NCBI GenBank assembly: GCA_034439575.1
Contig: JAWXAQ010000005.1
Span: 64,001 to 128,000 of the forward strand
DNA from: Leptospira sp.
Lineage (GTDB): Bacteria > Spirochaetota > Leptospiria > Leptospirales > Leptospiraceae
Length of the DNA: 64,000 nt
Direction of reading: 5' to 3'
The position numbers were made by a program, and so were the translations under genes. Of this stretch, positions 1 through 10,177 are shown piece after piece (the first letter of the stretch is position 1; each line of letters opens with the position of its first letter). The notes under the pieces are model-generated. The model did not search any database. It was given only the letters and a program-made list of their open reading frames with translations, and was not told where the DNA came from.

Positions 1-1004
1 GGTAAAGCACCCGAAACAAAAATCCCATTGATAAAAAATGCTGGAGTTCCATTGACTCCCACTTTTTGTCCGTCATCAATATCTGTTTGAATCTCTGCTT
101 GAATTTTATCTTTGTTTTTCATACATTCTTGGAACTTCGCTTTATCAACACCCGCTTTAGTTACCAAAAAATCTACGTTAGCTGGTGAAAGGTCACCAGA
201 GTTTGCAAATAAAATATCAAATGCTTGCCAATACTTTCCTTGTGGAATTGTACAATTAGCTGCGATATGAGCATACATTGCATTTTCATGAAAAGGTAAT
301 GGATAATCGCGAAACACCCACTCTACGTCATCTTTATACTTTTCTCTCAAACGGCGGTTTACGTCTTGGCTTCGTTTGCAATATGGACATTCAAAATCCG
401 AAAATTCTATAATTGTCACTTTCGCACTTGGTTTACCGATAGAAGGATTGTTTTTCTTTTCTACTGATACTCGAACTGCTTCCGCTTCTTTAATTTTAAA
501 CTCAACAGGATATTTTGAAATAATCTCTTTATAAACTTTCTGATTGTGTTCTTGTTCTTGTTGGTTTTTCATAAGTCCAGCAATTTGATTTTTTACTTCA
601 GGAAGTGATTTTCCACCAAATTGCGACTTATACGTGTTATATATATTTGTTATCTCGGCATCTGTCGGTTCTTTAGCAATAAAGCCTTCTTTCAAAACAT
701 CAGAAGGTTTAATTTTCTTTTCTTCCGCAACGATTTCAAATAACTTATCTTGTGCGAATTCACTCAAAGTGTTTTTGAGTAAACTTGCATATTCAGTTTG
801 AAACTTTGAATACGCAATCGGTGAAGTTTTTTTTACATCACTCAAATCGTATTTTTTACCAGCGATTAAAACACCGTCTTGGTTAAAGTTGGCTTTGATA
901 AAAGAAGGGAGAGATACTCCCGCGACTACGGCAAAGAGAACAACTGCGCCTAAAACAAGTTTAGAGAGGGGTTGTTCGATCCATTTTTGGTTACTATTTT
1001 CCAT
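1..1004 (-). CDS. DsbA/BdbD-family thioredoxin-fold disulfide oxidoreductase (3' end runs off the window)
   Basis: Not in the ORF track. Manual translation of the minus strand from ATG at 1004 gives MENSNQKWIEQPLSKLVLGAVVLFAVVAG (TM anchor) ... VTIIEFSDFECPYCKRSQ ... WVFRDYPLPFH ... GVNGTPAFFING, i.e. CPYC active site and GTP cis-Pro loop. Confidence 0.9.
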   Translation of the reverse strand, partial: MENSNQKWIEQPLSKLVLGAVVLFAVVAGVSLPSFIKANFNQDGVLIAGKKYDLSDVKKTSPIAYSKFQTEYASLLKNTLSEFAQDKLFEIVAEEKKIKPSDVLKEGFIAKEPTDAEITNIYNTYKSQFGGKSLPEVKNQIAGLMKNQQEQEHNQKVYKEIISKYPVEFKIKEAEAVRVSVEKKNNPSIGKPSAKVTIIEFSDFECPYCKRSQDVNRRLREKYKDDVEWVFRDYPLPFHENAMYAHIAANCTIPQGKYWQAFDILFANSGDLSPANVDFLVTKAGVDKAKFQECMKNKDKIQAEIQTDIDDGQKVGVNGTPAFFINGIFVSGAL

Positions 1005-1094
1005 CAAAACCAGCTTTTATGTGCTAAATAGCCAGATCAAACGGAAAAATTTCTCAAATTTTCATGGATTTCATTTCTTTTTTATGAATTTTCC

Positions 1095-1121
1095 TAATAA
1101 TTATTTAAGATCGACCGATGA
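1095..1121 (+). promoter_or_regulatory. Putative sigma28 (FliA) promoter
   Basis: TAAT-N15-ACCGATGA versus consensus TAAA-N15-GCCGATAA; GGAGG RBS precedes ATG 1176. Confidence 0.4.
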
Positions 1122-1175
1122 TCAAAATGGAGAGAAAGGGACTTCTCTCAGAGATTAAAACGGAGGTTAGGGTCT

Positions 1176-1526
1176 ATGAATATTTCATCCCTCACTGGAA
1201 TTGCCCAAGGGGCCGTTCCTCAAATACTGCCCTCACAACCATCTAAGCAAAATGGAGACCAGGGCCATCAGGCACCATTGGAAGACAAAGAATTATCCCT
1301 TCCTTCCCTAAAGGCTGAGAAAGAAAAGGAATTGGAGAAAAAGAAGGAAAAGGAATATTCTTCCGCAATCAAACCGGAAGACCTGGTCCTTAAACCTTCA
1401 CCAACAACTTTGGAAGAAAGACTCAACCAAATTATTTCTGCGGAAGAAGTTAAAGATATTTTGTCTATGGTAACAAGAGTTCCACTTCGAAAAGAAGAAG
1501 AACACAAAGTCGACGTAAAACGGTAA
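1176..1526 (+). CDS. Hypothetical protein, 116 aa, charged and low-complexity
   Basis: ORF with strong RBS (CGGAGG). Confidence 0.75.
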   Translation: MNISSLTGIAQGAVPQILPSQPSKQNGDQGHQAPLEDKELSLPSLKAEKEKELEKKKEKEYSSAIKPEDLVLKPSPTTLEERLNQIISAEEVKDILSMVTRVPLRKEEEHKVDVKR

Positions 1527-1576
1527 TTATACTGGTTCCGCTTCTTATCGCCATCCAGGACGGATTTGTATTCCTC

Positions 1577-2170
1577 ATGGGTGGTGTTCTTGTTATTTCA
1601 ATCTTTGGCCTACTCGGCATCATATACCAACAATTTATCTTTCCTATCGTTTCTAGAAAAGATTCGGATCGTTATATTCCTGTGCAAACTGGTGATTCTT
1701 ATGATCTCACAGTTGATGAAATCAGTAGATTCTCTAGTTTCTCTGTTGGATGTCGTACAGGAAACTTAGCAACAAGGTGCAATGCGATCTCCGAAGATCA
1801 TCTTATTTTCCAATTCAAAAAAAGCAAAGACACCGAAGATTATGCCATCACCGTTCTAAGGAATGGACCAACATTTTATAAACCTCCACGAATGGACACT
1901 TATACAAAAATGGAATCGAAAGAAACTTTTGATTCCTATGAAATAATTGGTCATCCCGCTGAGTTAAGAATCTCAGATAAAATCATCAAAGAACGAATGG
2001 TGAATTTCATAGAAATATCTTTATCTTCTTCTTTTTATTTTACAAAACTTGGCAAAGAAAGAATGAAATTTACATTTACAATTGGAAAAATCCAACCCGG
2101 TATCAATCGTAAAATAAGATTTAGAGATGATACGTATGGATTTGGAAAAGAAGAAGATGCAGAAGAATAA
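1577..2170 (+). CDS. Hypothetical protein with N-terminal TM anchor (possible FHA-like beta domain)
   Basis: 197-aa ORF, hydrophobic N-terminus; ISEDHL and RNGPTF segments loosely FHA-like. Confidence 0.65.
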   Translation: MGGVLVISIFGLLGIIYQQFIFPIVSRKDSDRYIPVQTGDSYDLTVDEISRFSSFSVGCRTGNLATRCNAISEDHLIFQFKKSKDTEDYAITVLRNGPTFYKPPRMDTYTKMESKETFDSYEIIGHPAELRISDKIIKERMVNFIEISLSSSFYFTKLGKERMKFTFTIGKIQPGINRKIRFRDDTYGFGKEEDAEE

Positions 2171-2189
2171 TTATAAACTATAGTTCTTA

Positions 2190-3176
2190 TCAATGAAATT
2201 GAATTTTGGTTCCTAAATTATCAGTTTGAACACGTTTGAAATGATATGGAATTTTCAAATTCTCCATCAAAGTTTTTATTTCTCCCTCTAACTTAGGTAA
2301 TACTCTAGGGACATTTTTTCGTTCCATAAAAATCAATAAACTTGGACCAGAACCAGATAAACAATGGCCTAAGTGATGTTTATCCAAAAATTCAGATATT
2401 TTAAACAAAGGACTATCTTTTGTTACACGATATGGTGTATGCATCTTGTCTTCGAGTGCTACAAGCAAATCATTAAATTTTGATTTATCTAAAAAATGCA
2501 TCCAAGCACCAATGCGAGATAGATTAAAAATTACATCATTTGTTATATAATTGGCGGGTAATGTTTTACGAGATTCTTCGGTCGATATAGAGTATTCTGG
2601 CGTTAATACAAAAAGAGAAACAGAAGCGGGGAATTTTTTCCTAAAAAATCGAATTGGTTCGCCTTGGATAGAGTATGCGAAGATAAGTCCACCTAAATAT
2701 GCTGGTAATGTATTATCCGGATGTCCTTCCCATTCACTTAAGAATTGTAAAAATTCTTTTTCTGTTGGAACAGATTTTTCAAAATCAGATTTTTTATGAA
2801 CCGCACGACCCAGACAAAGACCTGCCACAATGGCAGAAGCACTCGATCCAAGTCCTCCACGTAAAGGGAGGGATAATTCCATCTTACAGTTGTATTTCGG
2901 AACCATAGTTCCAGGTAAAAATTGATTAAAATAAGAAAGGTAAGCTTTTTTTACTAAGTCATCTTTTTCCGAAAAAGGGAGTGCCTCTCCATTTTTGTAA
3001 GTGCTATGGAAATTTGCATCTTTTGGAAAAATAAAATCAAATTCATTATAAGTTTTTAAAGCCATTCCCATAAGGTCAAAACCTGGGCCTAGGTTGGCGC
3101 TAGTCCCTGGAACTCGAATATGGATTTTTGGTAACTTGCCCATGGCTTCCGCCCAGGGTTTTCTTTCCGTATCCAA
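2190..3176 (-). CDS. thrB: Homoserine kinase (start may be the downstream ATG at 3143)
   Basis: VPGTSANLGPGFDLMG, GHMP motif GLGSSASA, EGHPDN and LSGSGPS. Confidence 0.95.
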   Translation of the reverse strand: MDTERKPWAEAMGKLPKIHIRVPGTSANLGPGFDLMGMALKTYNEFDFIFPKDANFHSTYKNGEALPFSEKDDLVKKAYLSYFNQFLPGTMVPKYNCKMELSLPLRGGLGSSASAIVAGLCLGRAVHKKSDFEKSVPTEKEFLQFLSEWEGHPDNTLPAYLGGLIFAYSIQGEPIRFFRKKFPASVSLFVLTPEYSISTEESRKTLPANYITNDVIFNLSRIGAWMHFLDKSKFNDLLVALEDKMHTPYRVTKDSPLFKISEFLDKHHLGHCLSGSGPSLLIFMERKNVPRVLPKLEGEIKTLMENLKIPYHFKRVQTDNLGTKIQFH

Positions 3177-3192
3177 AAATCAATCTCTCTTT

Positions 3193-4680
3193 CTAAGAAC
3201 GTAAGCGAATTGCCAAATTCATTCCCCCAAGTACCACTGCTGGAATTCCTTGCCCGGGATATACGGTATCTCCAGTGAGATAGAGATGCGAAACCTTGGA
3301 AAAAGAGCCAAAATAATTAAATGGATTTCGAAAAAAGGAACTAGGTATCCCGCCTACCCTACCATTTTTTCGCCCCGTCCAAGTTTCCCAGGTTGCAGGA
3401 CTTGCCGTATGTACAAAACGTATTTTATCCTTTTGAAACCACGAAATTTTTGAATCTAATTCGTTGATGATTAGCTTAGCAATTTCTTCTTTGTTCTTAT
3501 GGTATTCTATGTTTCTTCTTTGCCAATTTTCTGGAGATTGGATATGAGTCGAGATAGATAGTATACGTATTCCGTTAGGTGATCTCTTTGTATCTTGAGT
3601 GTGGGATAGGGAAACAAAAATAGAATCCCCACCACCATATGGCAATTTTATTTCCAAATGGATTTGATGGTGAAGGCATTCTGTTTCTGGGATATTAGCT
3701 TTTAGGGCAATACCCATAGTAAACGCACCATAACTATTTTTTTCAAAGATTTCAGTTTTCAACTGATTCTCGTTATACTTCCCTTCACTTAGCTGAATCA
3801 GATTCCAAATTGGAACATTGGATATAATATTTTTAGCAAAGTATTTTTTATTCTTCGTTTCTAATGTCCAATTCGCGTAATTGAATTTTTCATTTATAGC
3901 TTCAAATCTTAGGACTTCTGATTTTGGTTCATAGGAACCATTATTTTGTTGTAAATATTCTATCAATTTATTTGAAATACTAACAATGCCAGATGGGATA
4001 TAATAATTTTGAAGATTCGAATAGGTTAATCCTGCACTCGCATAAAAAAAAGGAGCGTTCTCAGAGGAACTTTGATTTGTAATCATCAATTGTTCATCTA
4101 TAAATTTGAGGAATTTGATATCCTTACTTAGACCGAACAAAAATAACACTTGTTTTGTTGTAAAAAAACATAAGATTAAACCAAAAAAATCCAAGGGTCT
4201 CACATTTCGCAAAGTAAGTAATAAATCATATAACCGAGTGAAGGGAAAATACGTGAATCGTTTAGAAAGGGACCAAACTAAATCTGATAAAAAGAAAGTA
4301 AATTTCCAAAAGTATTTTTGCCGAATTGGTTTACCAAAAACTCGAATGCATTCGGCGATCCACTCGTTTTTATTTTGGTAACGAAAGATAATTTCATTCC
4401 CTAAATGAATTTTCATAGGGATAGACAAAGGAACCTTTTCAAAGGAAATTCCTAATTCTTTCTCCAAACGATCGAGTGGTAAATCTTTTTCAAATCCGAC
4501 AACTGTTGTGGCACCAGATTCAAAAATAAATCCTGCTTTTTGAAAACTAGAAGCACAACCACCAGCACTTGTTCCCTTTTCCAAAACAAGAACAGAATTT
4601 CCATCTTTTGCGAGAAGGCTTGCTGCACTCAGTCCCCCCAAACCCGCACCAATTACGATGTAATCCCATATCTTTTCCAT
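3193..4680 (-). CDS. Phytoene desaturase/CrtD-like FAD-dependent oxidoreductase
   Basis: GAGLGGL dinucleotide-binding motif, FESGATT, C-terminal LYLTGDTVYPGQGIPAVVLGG. Confidence 0.8.
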   Translation of the reverse strand: MEKIWDYIVIGAGLGGLSAASLLAKDGNSVLVLEKGTSAGGCASSFQKAGFIFESGATTVVGFEKDLPLDRLEKELGISFEKVPLSIPMKIHLGNEIIFRYQNKNEWIAECIRVFGKPIRQKYFWKFTFFLSDLVWSLSKRFTYFPFTRLYDLLLTLRNVRPLDFFGLILCFFTTKQVLFLFGLSKDIKFLKFIDEQLMITNQSSSENAPFFYASAGLTYSNLQNYYIPSGIVSISNKLIEYLQQNNGSYEPKSEVLRFEAINEKFNYANWTLETKNKKYFAKNIISNVPIWNLIQLSEGKYNENQLKTEIFEKNSYGAFTMGIALKANIPETECLHHQIHLEIKLPYGGGDSIFVSLSHTQDTKRSPNGIRILSISTHIQSPENWQRRNIEYHKNKEEIAKLIINELDSKISWFQKDKIRFVHTASPATWETWTGRKNGRVGGIPSSFFRNPFNYFGSFSKVSHLYLTGDTVYPGQGIPAVVLGGMNLAIRLRS

Positions 4681-4808
4681 ATTGCCTAATAGACTGGCAC
4701 GACTTATGCAATAGAAAGGTATTATCAGACTTAAAATTGGTAATCATGCAAAATAAGAATCCGAGCGTGCTGAAAATAGATACAAAGTGCTAGTTAGGAA
4801 AACAATTT

Positions 4809-5681
4809 ATGGTTTCAGAATCTCTAAAGAAAGTTGATCAAGCAGAATTATTATGGAAGTCCATTGCAAGGCAGCCCGAATTTCAAGCAGGTGCATTTCG
4901 GTTGAATGCAGACATTACGATCCGTACTTTTAAAAACCAATCCAACAAATTTCTTACTTCAGAAAGATTTGATTTTATTATTGCGATGAAAGAATTATTG
5001 AAACCAATCGCAGATCTGGAAAATGAAAAAATAGAATATTTGATTTTTAGAACTTACGAATGTTATAAGAAGGAACTTGCCTATAACGATGGCACGGACT
5101 CCAGATTTTCAATCGATATTGTTTTTCAATTTATTGAATTTTTGTGTTCAGATTCTCCCAAAGAAGATATTGCCCAATTATTACAAAGGGAAACAAGTTT
5201 AGATAAAAAAGAAGTAGAATCGATCATTCAACATATCAAAGCCTTTAATAAATTAGGAACCTATTTCAATAAAGCGAGTAACTTAAAAAAGACGATTGAG
5301 AATGGAGAACAAATCCTTGCGGCAACAGCTAGTGCATTTCCAGAAATCACTTGGCTTGCATTAGAATCAATGTTTTATTTACTGATTGCACAATATGCAC
5401 TAGCGACAAAATACTCCTGCGAATCTTTGTTACGCGGTTGGATGAAAGAATATGGCTTTGATGAAAACCAATATGTCGTCGTAGCAAATTTTTTCCCGCC
5501 AGGTACTTCCCTACTCGAATTTAGGGGAAAGTATACAAATGCGATACGAAGTTTACATAGAATCAAATCAGAACAAAGGCCAGAATATGATCTTTTACTC
5601 TTACGATCTATAGGAAACTATTTCAGTTCTTGGATCGTAAGAGTCGCACACCAAATGGAAACAGACTATCAGATGGCGTAA
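4809..5681 (+). CDS. Hypothetical protein, 290 aa
   Basis: Long ORF with AGGA RBS; no motif recognised. Confidence 0.75.
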   Translation: MVSESLKKVDQAELLWKSIARQPEFQAGAFRLNADITIRTFKNQSNKFLTSERFDFIIAMKELLKPIADLENEKIEYLIFRTYECYKKELAYNDGTDSRFSIDIVFQFIEFLCSDSPKEDIAQLLQRETSLDKKEVESIIQHIKAFNKLGTYFNKASNLKKTIENGEQILAATASAFPEITWLALESMFYLLIAQYALATKYSCESLLRGWMKEYGFDENQYVVVANFFPPGTSLLEFRGKYTNAIRSLHRIKSEQRPEYDLLLLRSIGNYFSSWIVRVAHQMETDYQMA

Positions 5682-5684
5682 AAA

Positions 5685-6866
5685 TTAAGCTCCCCAGATT
5701 TTTTTTAAATCAGAGGCTATGTTTTTTTGCATAGCCTCGTTGGTTCCACCACCTATGGAAAGTAAGATGGAATCTCTATGAAGTCTTTCGATAGGATATT
5801 CTCTACAATACCCATAGCCACCTAATACTTGTATGGCATTTCTAGAGACTCTTTCAGCCATTTGTGTTGCTACTAATTTTGCTGATGCAGCTCCAAGTGA
5901 ATTTCTGGATTCTGGGGAAAGACCAGATGCCACTTGATAAACAAGAGCCCTTGCCGCCGAATAATCTGCATAAGACTCAGCCAACATTCTTTGGATCTGG
6001 CCAAACTCTACTAGTTTTTTTCCAAAGGCCTCTCTATGTCGAACGGTATAATCACACATAACATCAATACAGCGACGAGCTATCCCTAATGATTGGGCGG
6101 CCAAAGTAACCCTTTCTATTTCTAAATTCCGCATCATATGCGTTATCGCACCGTTTTCATCACCAAGTAAGTTTTCTTCTGGCACTTCCATATCTTCAAA
6201 GACCAATTGCGTAGTAGGAGAAGAACGCATTCCCATCTTTTCTTCTTTTTTACCAACCGAAAAACCTTTGTAAGATGATTCGATTACGAAGGAGGTCATC
6301 TTTTTTGCTTGTTTGTCCAATTTTGTATAAAGTACAAAAACTTGACCAACAGAACCATTGGTAATGTATTGTTTTGTGCCATTAATGATATAACGATCTC
6401 CTTTTTTGACAGCGACCGTTGTCATACCGAGAACATCGGTTCCAGCTCCAGGTTCCGTCATACCCATCCCGCCAATCCATTCACCAGAAATAACTTTATC
6501 CAAATACTTTGCTCTTTGGATGGCATTTGAACTATGATAGAAGTTGTTCACAAAAAGCACTTCATGTGCTAAATAAGACAAGGTAAAACCTGGATCAAAA
6601 CGAGACATCTCCTCGTGAATGATCACACTTGCCACAGGATCTAGGCCATGACCCCCATCTTCTTCGGCCACAGTGATTCCAAAAATCCCAAGTTCTGAAC
6701 CCAAACGTTTGAATAGAATTTCATTAAAAGATTCATTTTCATCATGTTCTTTGGCCTGTGCGTCCATTTCTCTTTCGGCGAAGGATGCGACTGACTCACG
6801 TAAGGAAAGATGGGATTCTGTTGGATTAAATAAATCAAATGCAGGTTTAATTGAAGATAAGCTCAT
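5685..6866 (-). CDS. ivd: Isovaleryl-CoA dehydrogenase-like acyl-CoA dehydrogenase
   Basis: GMGMTEPGAGTDV, NGTKQYITNG, QVLGGYGY, SIGGGTNE; LSYLAH segment and catalytic-region LEIER typical of IVD. Confidence 0.8.
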   Translation of the reverse strand: MSLSSIKPAFDLFNPTESHLSLRESVASFAEREMDAQAKEHDENESFNEILFKRLGSELGIFGITVAEEDGGHGLDPVASVIIHEEMSRFDPGFTLSYLAHEVLFVNNFYHSSNAIQRAKYLDKVISGEWIGGMGMTEPGAGTDVLGMTTVAVKKGDRYIINGTKQYITNGSVGQVFVLYTKLDKQAKKMTSFVIESSYKGFSVGKKEEKMGMRSSPTTQLVFEDMEVPEENLLGDENGAITHMMRNLEIERVTLAAQSLGIARRCIDVMCDYTVRHREAFGKKLVEFGQIQRMLAESYADYSAARALVYQVASGLSPESRNSLGAASAKLVATQMAERVSRNAIQVLGGYGYCREYPIERLHRDSILLSIGGGTNEAMQKNIASDLKKIWGA

Positions 6867-7308
6867 TCGAAAACGATTGAACCCGTTCCTTGTTTTGTAA
6901 ACGAAAAATCCATGTCAAAATTTGGACAATCTTCAAGATTTTGTGGCAAGAGAGAGAGATTTCAAACCTTGAATTTTTGATTCATGAAGAGTTGAAAGAT
7001 TGATAAATATTTTTCCTAATGAAAGAAAATGATAATGATTCAAAAATTCAAATAATAGATGTACTCATTTAATAACCATCAATTCAAATTGTAATAATCT
7101 CCATATTGACACCTAACACCTTCATACTTATATCATAGTATAACAGCCGTGAACCACTAGGTAATCTCCTAATTTGTTATTACAAGACGTCCTATTCTTT
7201 GCGTATATCCACTAATGAAACATTTATTAAAAATAACATATTGATTACTCAAAATTATAAATTTATTTACGAATTTGGGTACTCGCAATTTAATCGTGAC
7301 ATAAGATC

Positions 7309-8778
7309 ATGAGTGACCTCCAACAAGTATCGAGAGACAAGCTCGCAAAATTCGAGTTAAATGAAGAAACTTTAAGTAGTTTCAGAAAAACCAATAGCAT
7401 CCCTATTGATCTTTATAATCGCAATGGTCAGATCATAATCCCTAAAAAAAAGAACCCAACAGCGGAGGATTTTGGTAAATTATTAAAATTTGAATTGCAA
7501 GGTGTTTACTTTCTTATTTCTGAACTCAATAAAAACAAAATCAATGCAAAAGCAAACCAGATCGGCAGCGAAACATCCGTTAAACTATTTGATGAGAAAA
7601 AAATTGCCAACTTTGCGAAACAATCTGCGACTCTCATAGAAGATCTTCGTAAACAATCATTTTCTTCCGAACAAGCCGTTGCTGTCCAAAATTCCATTAA
7701 CGAAATTTTAACAGATTTCACTAGCAATCCAGATTTTGAGTCTGGTATATTCAATATTCTTGAAATATTAGGTGTGGCAGGTGTATCATTACAATCAGAA
7801 CTTATGACCAAACGCACGATAGTTGCCATGGGTATGAAAGTTCGAACTAAAAAGATAGTCTCAGACGGAGACAAAAAACCTTATCAAAAAGAACATTTGG
7901 CGATCATGATGGCAAGTTACTTAGCTGACGTAGGTTATGCGAAACTGGATATAACCGAAAATCCAAAGATCTCCAAAGAAGAGTATGCCATCATCCAACA
8001 ACATCCGATCATTAGTTACTTGATGACACTTCCCGCACAAGAAATTTCAACTGATGTACGCACTCTTATATTAAACCACCACAGGCCATTTAGAGGAGCC
8101 GGTGTGAATAATAATTTTCCAGATGCGAGAATCGTTTTTCAAAAGTTAATGTCTGTTCGTGACATTTATACCAAAGAAACGAACAAAGAACGTATCGTTG
8201 AAGATATTGAAGCTCAACTCCATATGCAGGAAAATCAAATCACGACGGCGAACAGAGAAGATGATATTGCGATTCTTTCACTTGCCAGTGAGTATGCATC
8301 TTTGACTTCCGCACAAAGTTGGCGACCTGCTTTCAATTCCGCGACCGCATTAAAAATGATCGTAAATGACTCTTTTTTTTCTTATAGCAATAAAAATATC
8401 CGCCACCTTCTGGATTACGTCGGAGCGAGTCTTACAAACAATGAAAACATCATCAACACCGATGATTTTATCATTACAGCGGCTGTAGATTCAGAAAAAC
8501 AAGTCCACTTTGATATCTGTAAGGTGATCGAAGTGGATCGTTACCAAACTCGTCCGAAACTGCAACGCCTTTGCACTATAAAACCGATTTTTAAAAAATC
8601 GACAAAATATAGAATCGCAGACTTTGACTTAACGCAAGTGAGAATGGATAGGCGTAAGGCCATCATTGATCTCGGGTCACATGCTGCAGGAAGTATGCGT
8701 GTTATATATATCATTGACCCTGAACTAAATGCTCCTTTATTTGATGCAGTCACCAAACTCAGTAAAGTCGCTGTTTAA
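7309..8778 (+). CDS. HD-GYP-like domain protein with degenerate catalytic motifs
   Basis: YLADVGY (for LHDIGK), IIQQHPIISY, LNHHRPFRGAGVN (for HHERxDGxGYP), LTSAQSWRPAF. Confidence 0.75.
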   Translation: MSDLQQVSRDKLAKFELNEETLSSFRKTNSIPIDLYNRNGQIIIPKKKNPTAEDFGKLLKFELQGVYFLISELNKNKINAKANQIGSETSVKLFDEKKIANFAKQSATLIEDLRKQSFSSEQAVAVQNSINEILTDFTSNPDFESGIFNILEILGVAGVSLQSELMTKRTIVAMGMKVRTKKIVSDGDKKPYQKEHLAIMMASYLADVGYAKLDITENPKISKEEYAIIQQHPIISYLMTLPAQEISTDVRTLILNHHRPFRGAGVNNNFPDARIVFQKLMSVRDIYTKETNKERIVEDIEAQLHMQENQITTANREDDIAILSLASEYASLTSAQSWRPAFNSATALKMIVNDSFFSYSNKNIRHLLDYVGASLTNNENIINTDDFIITAAVDSEKQVHFDICKVIEVDRYQTRPKLQRLCTIKPIFKKSTKYRIADFDLTQVRMDRRKAIIDLGSHAAGSMRVIYIIDPELNAPLFDAVTKLSKVAV

Positions 8779-10112
8779 ACTATCCACTTAAAAAGTTCTA
8801 CTAAATTTTCTTTCCCGGCCAATTGAATTTTTTGCGTCCTTACAAAATCATTTGGTTTTCCTATTTCATTCCATACATCTTCTGAAATCAGCAAAACTGC
8901 GTTCAATGGTTTACATGCCGATTCTATACGAGAAGCAGTATTCACAGTGTCGCCTATCACAGTATATTCCATTCGTTCTTCCGATCCGATGTTTCCTGCA
9001 AAAACTTCACCTGTATGAATTCCAATTCCAATTTTTATCGGGGTCTCACCAACTTTTTCTCTATCAGCATTAAAAGAACTTAACTCAACTAGCATTTGTT
9101 TTGCTGACTTAACTGCATTGATTGAATCCAGCCCAGAAATATCCGAAGGGATAGGAGTTCCAAAAGTCGCCATCACTGCGTCTCCAATAAATTTATCTAG
9201 AGTACCCGAATTTGCAAATACGGCCCTTGTCATTCGTTTGCGGTACTCTGTGAGAAATTTCGAGAGGGATGTTGTGTCCATTCCCTCAGAAAAATGTGTG
9301 AAATCACGAATATCAGAAAAAAGCACTGTCACTTTTTGTCTTTTCCCAAACTCTATCACGTTAGGTTGTGATGTGATCACATCAATGAGATCTGGGGAAA
9401 AATATCTAGATAAGGAAGTTTTTTGGGCTTCGACATTCGCCAGTCGAATGAGCATCACATAAGAACGATAGATACCATAACATACAGCAATCGCCAAACA
9501 GACATATGCAATCGGTCTTGCAACAAGTGAATCTGAGATAATAACTCCAGAACCTAAAATATATTCATACCATGATACTGTAGCCTCAACTCCACATGCA
9601 AATGCATAAATAGAAAAAATATAAAAATACAATAGAAAGAATAATAGCGAACAAATAACAAGCTGTATACGAAATTGAATCAATGCAAAAGATATTGGAA
9701 TCATAAAATAATAATACATAGGATTTTTAACAAGAAAATTGGGATTGCCGTTTCCTTCCAATAGATACCAATTCCAAATAGTCATAGCAATGAGAGTGTT
9801 ATCGACAAACAAACTCACATATTCATACTTTGATTTTAATTTTAAATTTTCTGATTTTAAAATCTGTCTATGTATTATTGTATTTGCAAAGTAGATAAGA
9901 ATTGCCCCAAAGTTTACCAAAATTCCTTTGATACCGCTCTCCATCGAAATATTCACAATTGCAGAAATAAGTAGACCGATCCCTGCAACATAACGAAACT
10001 TATTCGCCATAGCTGCGCCGTGGATTTCCTCCTCTTTTAAGAGGAACATGGCACTAGCTGGAATCGCATGATAAAAAGAAAAAAATGATTTTAGTTTTTG
10101 GTATAACAACAT
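8775..10112 (-). CDS. Membrane-bound class III adenylate/guanylate cyclase
   Basis: Several TM helices, then VTVLFSDIRDFT, DKFIGDAVMATFG, GIGIHTG, YTVIGDTVNTASRIE. Start moved to 10112 (AAGGAG RBS), which removes the overlap with the divergent gene. Confidence 0.92.
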   Translation of the reverse strand: MLLYQKLKSFFSFYHAIPASAMFLLKEEEIHGAAMANKFRYVAGIGLLISAIVNISMESGIKGILVNFGAILIYFANTIIHRQILKSENLKLKSKYEYVSLFVDNTLIAMTIWNWYLLEGNGNPNFLVKNPMYYYFMIPISFALIQFRIQLVICSLLFFLLYFYIFSIYAFACGVEATVSWYEYILGSGVIISDSLVARPIAYVCLAIAVCYGIYRSYVMLIRLANVEAQKTSLSRYFSPDLIDVITSQPNVIEFGKRQKVTVLFSDIRDFTHFSEGMDTTSLSKFLTEYRKRMTRAVFANSGTLDKFIGDAVMATFGTPIPSDISGLDSINAVKSAKQMLVELSSFNADREKVGETPIKIGIGIHTGEVFAGNIGSEERMEYTVIGDTVNTASRIESACKPLNAVLLISEDVWNEIGKPNDFVRTQKIQLAGKENLVELFKWIV

Positions 10113-10177
10113 GGCTTTGTCTCCTTTATCATAAATTCTCATTGATTCGAAAAGAAAAAAATCAAGATCATGCTTCG

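Noticed and set aside
889-1158. 89-aa plus-strand ORF
   Set aside because: Overlaps the DsbA-like gene on the opposite strand and its promoter region; no protein-like features.
6867-7308. 442-nt intergenic region as a possible riboswitch or sRNA
   Set aside because: No recognisable aptamer or strong hairpin; only a possible TTGACA promoter element near 7106.
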